This document shows, in pieces, positions 59,991 to 64,000 of a DNA stretch of 64,000 nucleotides (the stretch's first letter is position 1; each line of letters begins with the position of its first letter). Source of the DNA: a virus. Lineage: Duplodnaviria; Caudoviricetes. The position numbers and the translations under genes were made by a program. Under the pieces are notes generated by a model. It made no database searches and had not been told where the DNA came from. It was given only the letters and a program-made list of their open reading frames with translations. The stretch is taken from IMG/VR virus record IMGVR_UViG_3300009108_000480; one strand, written 5' to 3'.

Positions 59991-60959
59991 ATGGCTACAT
60001 TGGCTGAAATAAGAGCGAAGTTAAAATCCCAAGAAGTGAATCGCTCCACTTCTTCAACAGGTGGCGACAATGCCATCTATCCACACTGGAACATACAGGA
60101 AGGACACGAAGCAGTTATTAGATTCTTACCCGATAAGGATACTACTAACACTTTTTTCTGGACTGAGAGAAATATGATCAAACTACCTTTTGCAGGTATT
60201 AAAGGTCAAAGTGATTCTCGACCAATCCAGGTGCAAGTACCGTGTATGGAAATGTACGGAAAAACTTGTCCGGTTCTAACAGAAGTTAGACCTTGGTTTA
60301 AAGACAAATCAATGGAGGACATGGGCAGAAAGTATTGGAAGAAAAAAAGTTATATATTCCAAGGCTTTGTTGTACAAAATCCATTAAACGAAGATGCAAC
60401 TCCAGAAAACCCAATTAGAAGATTTATAATTGGACCACAAATCTTTAATATAATTAGATCGGCATTACTTGATCCAGAAATGGAAGAGTTACCAACTGAT
60501 TATGTAAAAGGTGTAGACTTTAGAGTTAACAAAACTTCTAAAGGTGGTTATGCTGATTACTCAACATCTAAATGGTCAAGAAGAGAAAGAGCTCTAGACG
60601 AAACGGAAAGAGCATCTATTGATAAGTTTGGTTTACATAACTTATCAGACTATAGACCAAAAGAACCATCTGAAGCAGAAGTAAAAATAATTAAAGAATT
60701 ATTTGAAAAATCTGTTGAGGGTGAGTCTTATGATCTTGAGAAGTATGGACAATACTTTAGACCTGCAGGTGTAGGTAGAGTATCTATACCAACAGCAAGT
60801 AGACCTGCTCCAGTTGAGAAGACTGCTAACCCGGTAAATGCAGAAGTAAAAGTTGCAGAAACGGTAACAGCGTCGGCTCCAACAGCACAACCAACAGGTG
60901 ATAGTGCCAAACGAGCAGAAGACATCTTGAAATTAATCAGATCAAGACAGGCAAAATAA
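59991..60959 (+). CDS. gp32: single-stranded DNA-binding protein
   Basis: AVIRFLP, CPV, YWKKKSY, G.DF, YADYSTSKW. Confidence 0.9.
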   Translation: MATLAEIRAKLKSQEVNRSTSSTGGDNAIYPHWNIQEGHEAVIRFLPDKDTTNTFFWTERNMIKLPFAGIKGQSDSRPIQVQVPCMEMYGKTCPVLTEVRPWFKDKSMEDMGRKYWKKKSYIFQGFVVQNPLNEDATPENPIRRFIIGPQIFNIIRSALLDPEMEELPTDYVKGVDFRVNKTSKGGYADYSTSKWSRRERALDETERASIDKFGLHNLSDYRPKEPSEAEVKIIKELFEKSVEGESYDLEKYGQYFRPAGVGRVSIPTASRPAPVEKTANPVNAEVKVAETVTASAPTAQPTGDSAKRAEDILKLIRSRQAK

Positions 60960-60987
60960 TAACCAAAATACAAGGTCTTAATTTATA

Positions 60988-61016
60988 TTGACGATTAGGA
61001 CCTTGTATGCTAAAAT
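60988..61016 (+). promoter_or_regulatory. sigma70-type promoter for uvsX
   Basis: TTGACG-N17-TAAAAT with TG extension. Confidence 0.8.
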
Positions 61017-61021
61017 AGAAA

Positions 61022-62089
61022 GTGATTATGGTTAAACCGTTTGACGTAACAAAATTTAGAAAAAGCATAACAAAGTCCATACAAGGACTTGGCATAGGAT
61101 TTAATGATCCAACGGATTGGATAAGCACAGGAAACTATGCGTTAAATTATTTAATAAGTGGAGACTTCAACAAAGGTGTTCCGCTAGGCAAAGTAACAGT
61201 ACTAGCAGGTGAGTCTGGCTCAGGTAAATCATTTATAGCATCAGGCAATTTAGTGCGTAATGCACAAAAACAAGGCATCTATGTAATACTAATCGATTCT
61301 GAAAATGCATTAGACCAATCATGGCTTGAAGCCCTTGGTGTTGATACTAGCGAAGATAAACTTTTAAGATTAAGTTTATCAATGGTAGATGACGTAGCAA
61401 GAACTGTTTCAGACTTTATGAAAGGTTATAAAGACGAACACGCCGACGATAAAGAAAATGCACCTAAAGTATTAATTGTAATTGATAGTTTGGGTATGTT
61501 ATTAACACCAACCGATGTTGATCAGTTTGAAAAAGGTGAAATGAAAGGTGACTTAGGTAGAAAACCCAAAGCCTTAACAGCATTTGTAAGAAACTGTGTT
61601 AATATGTTTGGTAGTTGGAACGTAGGACTTATAGCAACTAATCACACTTATGCATCACAAGATATGTTTAATCCTGATGATAAAATATCTGGTGGACAAG
61701 GATTTATATATGCATCAAGTATTGTGATTGCAATGAAGAAATTAAAACTTAAAGAAGACGAAAAAGGTAATAAAATTACTGACGTTAGGGGTATTAGAGC
61801 GGCTTGTAAAGTAATGAAAACACGTTTTTCAAAACCGTTTGAATCAGTACAAGTTAAGATACCGTATGACACGGGTATGGATCCATTTTCGGGATTAGTT
61901 GAATTATTTGAGAAAAAAGGGGTACTAGTACAAACAGGAAACAGGTTAAAATACGTAGATTCTAAAGGAAAAGAACATATTGAGTTCCGAAAATCCTGGG
62001 TTGGAGATAAATTATTGATGTTGATGGACAACTATGATAAATTATCAACAAACCTTAAGGAAGAAATTGATGATAGACATGACGCATGA
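61022..62089 (+). CDS. uvsX: RecA-like recombinase
   Basis: GESGSGKS Walker A, IVIDSLG Walker B, TNHTY, ISGG.G. Confidence 0.93.
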   Translation: MIMVKPFDVTKFRKSITKSIQGLGIGFNDPTDWISTGNYALNYLISGDFNKGVPLGKVTVLAGESGSGKSFIASGNLVRNAQKQGIYVILIDSENALDQSWLEALGVDTSEDKLLRLSLSMVDDVARTVSDFMKGYKDEHADDKENAPKVLIVIDSLGMLLTPTDVDQFEKGEMKGDLGRKPKALTAFVRNCVNMFGSWNVGLIATNHTYASQDMFNPDDKISGGQGFIYASSIVIAMKKLKLKEDEKGNKITDVRGIRAACKVMKTRFSKPFESVQVKIPYDTGMDPFSGLVELFEKKGVLVQTGNRLKYVDSKGKEHIEFRKSWVGDKLLMLMDNYDKLSTNLKEEIDDRHDA

Positions 62090-62321
62090 AGACATTGAAC
62101 GTATTTGGAACTCATTTTCTCTTTACATACCAGACAGACAAAAATCGGATGCCGCAGTTGACTTTGTTAGTACATTAAAGTTTCTTGATGTTGACACTGA
62201 TCAAATTAAAGCATCATCCGATCATGATCCAAAATTAGAAGAAGCAGTAGAATCTGTGTATGGTGGAGAAGAAGACGAAGACGAAGACGAATACGGAGAT
62301 GATGGTGAATTGGTATACTGA
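62070..62321 (+). CDS. hypothetical protein with acidic tail
   Basis: Start re-called to 62070 behind AAGGAAG (track start 62034). Confidence 0.6.
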   Translation: MIDMTHEDIERIWNSFSLYIPDRQKSDAAVDFVSTLKFLDVDTDQIKASSDHDPKLEEAVESVYGGEEDEDEDEYGDDGELVY

Positions 62322-62763
62322 AGTAAGCAAAAACATACAACAAATACCAGACTGTATTAAACACTTTGAAACTGAATTATTACAAGCAAAAAAAGAATGT
62401 TCTATTTGGGGTAATTTAGAAAAAGCATCTGCAACAATGCCCGGAGTAGTTGAACACCGATTTAATCAATTACAAGAAATCGAAGCAATCCTAGAATATT
62501 TAAATATTGAATATCGTAGGTTAAGATCTAAAACATTTCGAAATTTTTTAGAAAGTTATAATAAAAAGCTAACCAGCAGAGATGCTGACAAATATGTTGA
62601 CGGTGAAGCCGATGTTGTTGATATGGCAAAAATTATAAATGACTTTGCACTTTTAAGAAACCAATGGTTAGGCATTACCAAAGGACTAGACCAAAAACAA
62701 TGGCAACTTACAAACATTGTTAAATTGCGTGTAGCAGGGATGGAAGATGCCAATATCAAATAG
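62299..62763 (+). CDS. uvsY: recombination mediator
   Basis: ESYNKKLTSRDADKYVDGE...WQLTNIVKLRVAG; start re-called to about 62299 (track start 62260). Confidence 0.85.
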   Translation: MMVNWYTEVSKNIQQIPDCIKHFETELLQAKKECSIWGNLEKASATMPGVVEHRFNQLQEIEAILEYLNIEYRRLRSKTFRNFLESYNKKLTSRDADKYVDGEADVVDMAKIINDFALLRNQWLGITKGLDQKQWQLTNIVKLRVAGMEDANIK

Positions 62764-63379
62764 AATAATCCTTACAGACGTAGACGGCGTATTACTAGAA
62801 TGGGAAAATCATTTTACTAAATGGATGATATCTCGTGGACACAAATTAAAAGAAAATTATAAATCTGAATACGATATGGGAAAAAGATTTGTATATTATG
62901 CAAAAATCTTTGAATCTACCAAACATTATAGCGAGGCGTCTGATGATATTAAAATTGCAATTCGAGAATTTAATAAAAGTGCTTGGATGGCAACACAACC
63001 CCCAATGCCTGACTCGCAAACTTGGGTAAAACTATTACACGCAGAGGGCTGGACATTTATACCAATTAGCTCACAAACATCTGATGTTCCTGCACAAGAA
63101 TTACGTAAAAGAAGATTAGAAGAACTATTTGGTAAGGATACTTTTTATAACTTTCATATACTCGACACTGGACAAGATAAAGACGATGTTCTTGCAGAAT
63201 TCCATGGTACAGGATTATATTTTGTAGAAGATAAATGGACAAATGCATTAGCAGGTTTAAAATATGGCTTAAAAGTATTATTCATTAGTCATCCTTATAA
63301 CAAAAAATATAGACACCCCAACATTACCAGAGTAAATAATTGGCAAGACATACATAAAATTGTTAAAAAGGGAAAATGA
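62747..63379 (+). CDS. HAD-family 5'(3')-deoxyribonucleotidase
   Basis: LTDVDGVLL DxD motif, FVEDK, HPYN. Confidence 0.8.
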   Translation: MPISNRIILTDVDGVLLEWENHFTKWMISRGHKLKENYKSEYDMGKRFVYYAKIFESTKHYSEASDDIKIAIREFNKSAWMATQPPMPDSQTWVKLLHAEGWTFIPISSQTSDVPAQELRKRRLEELFGKDTFYNFHILDTGQDKDDVLAEFHGTGLYFVEDKWTNALAGLKYGLKVLFISHPYNKKYRHPNITRVNNWQDIHKIVKKGK

Positions 63380-64000
63380 AAATTTACGTAGGCTACGACA
63401 CTCGAGAAGATATAGCATATCAAGTTTGCGAACATTCGATTAAAAGACGTAATGGACAAATCGAAGTTATCCCTTTAAAACAAAAAGATTTGAGGGAAAA
63501 AGGTGTCTATACAAGAGAAGTTGACAAACTTGCCTCAACAGAATTTACATTTACAAGATTTTTTATTCCATATCTAAACAACTACAAAGGTTGGGCAATT
63601 TTTTGTGACTTAGATTTTGTTTGGCGTATATCTCCTACAGAACTAGAACAATATTGTGATGATTCTAAAGCAGTTGTTTGTGTGCAACACGATTATAAAC
63701 CTAAAGAAGGGTTAAAAATGGATGGCCAAGTACAATTAGTTTACCCAAGAAAAAACTGGTCAAGTATGGTACTTTGGAATTGTGGACATCCTAAAAACAA
63801 AGTACTAACACCCGAACTATTAAACAAAGAAACAGGAAAATTTTTACATAGATTTTCTTGGTTAAATGATTCTGACATAGGAAATTTACCTCCTATATAC
63901 AATTGGCTAGTAGGTTGGTACAAAGAACCTAAAGACGGCATACCTAAAATACTTCATTATACTGAAGGCGGACCATGGTTTGAAAATTATAGAAACTGTG
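63376..64000 (+). CDS. GT-A glycosyltransferase (GT8-like; truncated at window edge)
   Basis: Not in ORF track. Hand translation gives MKIYVGYDTREDIAY...STEFTFTRF...FCDLDF...YPRKNWSSMVLWNC...LHYTEGGPWF; start overlaps the upstream stop. Confidence 0.85.
   Translation, partial: MKIYVGYDTREDIAYQVCEHSIKRRNGQIEVIPLKQKDLREKGVYTREVDKLASTEFTFTRFFIPYLNNYKGWAIFCDLDFVWRISPTELEQYCDDSKAVVCVQHDYKPKEGLKMDGQVQLVYPRKNWSSMVLWNCGHPKNKVLTPELLNKETGKFLHRFSWLNDSDIGNLPPIYNWLVGWYKEPKDGIPKILHYTEGGPWFENYRNC

Noticed and set aside
1-64000. Stop-codon reassignment
   Set aside because: Conserved genes are full length under the standard code, and coding density is high.
1-64000. CRISPR array, tRNA genes, inteins or introns in terminase, UvsX or capsid
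   Set aside because: No regularly spaced repeats or cloverleafs seen, and these core proteins have normal lengths and continuous motifs.

Overview
This window is a 64-kb, very AT-rich segment of a large T4-like myovirus genome, covering the virion morphogenesis module and the start of the replication/recombination module. From left to right it holds baseplate genes (gp25-like partial, gp5-like spike, hub, LysM-like, tube initiator), the late sigma factor gp55, gp47/gp46, an Hc1 histone-like protein and a GIY-YIG nuclease. A ~500-nt structured non-coding island follows, then gp26/gp51-like tail chaperones, tape measure, portal gp20, and prohead genes gp21/22/23. Next come a ~15-kb cluster of modular fibre/appendage proteins, neck and tail genes gp15/14/13/18/19, gp4, terminases, gp32, UvsX and UvsY. 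Accessory enzymes are interspersed: sulfotransferase, FkbM methyltransferase, SGNH-like, NUDIX, B12-radical SAM, glycosyltransferase and a cold-shock protein. The low GC and the Csp sequence suggest a marine alphaproteobacterial (SAR11-like) host, but this is inference only. I found no tRNA, CRISPR array, reverse transcriptase or intein. The main observations not explained by the ORF track are: (1) a promoter-driven, multi-hairpin ~400-nt candidate ncRNA at 11162-11556 plus a second 77-nt fold; (2) a lambda G/GT-type -1 frameshift site joining the gp26-like and gp51-like ORFs; (3) an unannotated 22-aa, 7-Cys metallothionein-like microprotein; (4) apparently leaderless late transcripts; (5) an autocleaving S74 chaperone on the gp5 spike; and (6) a multi-way-junction RNA leader at 23206-23285. 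All homology calls are from motif recognition, with no database search.
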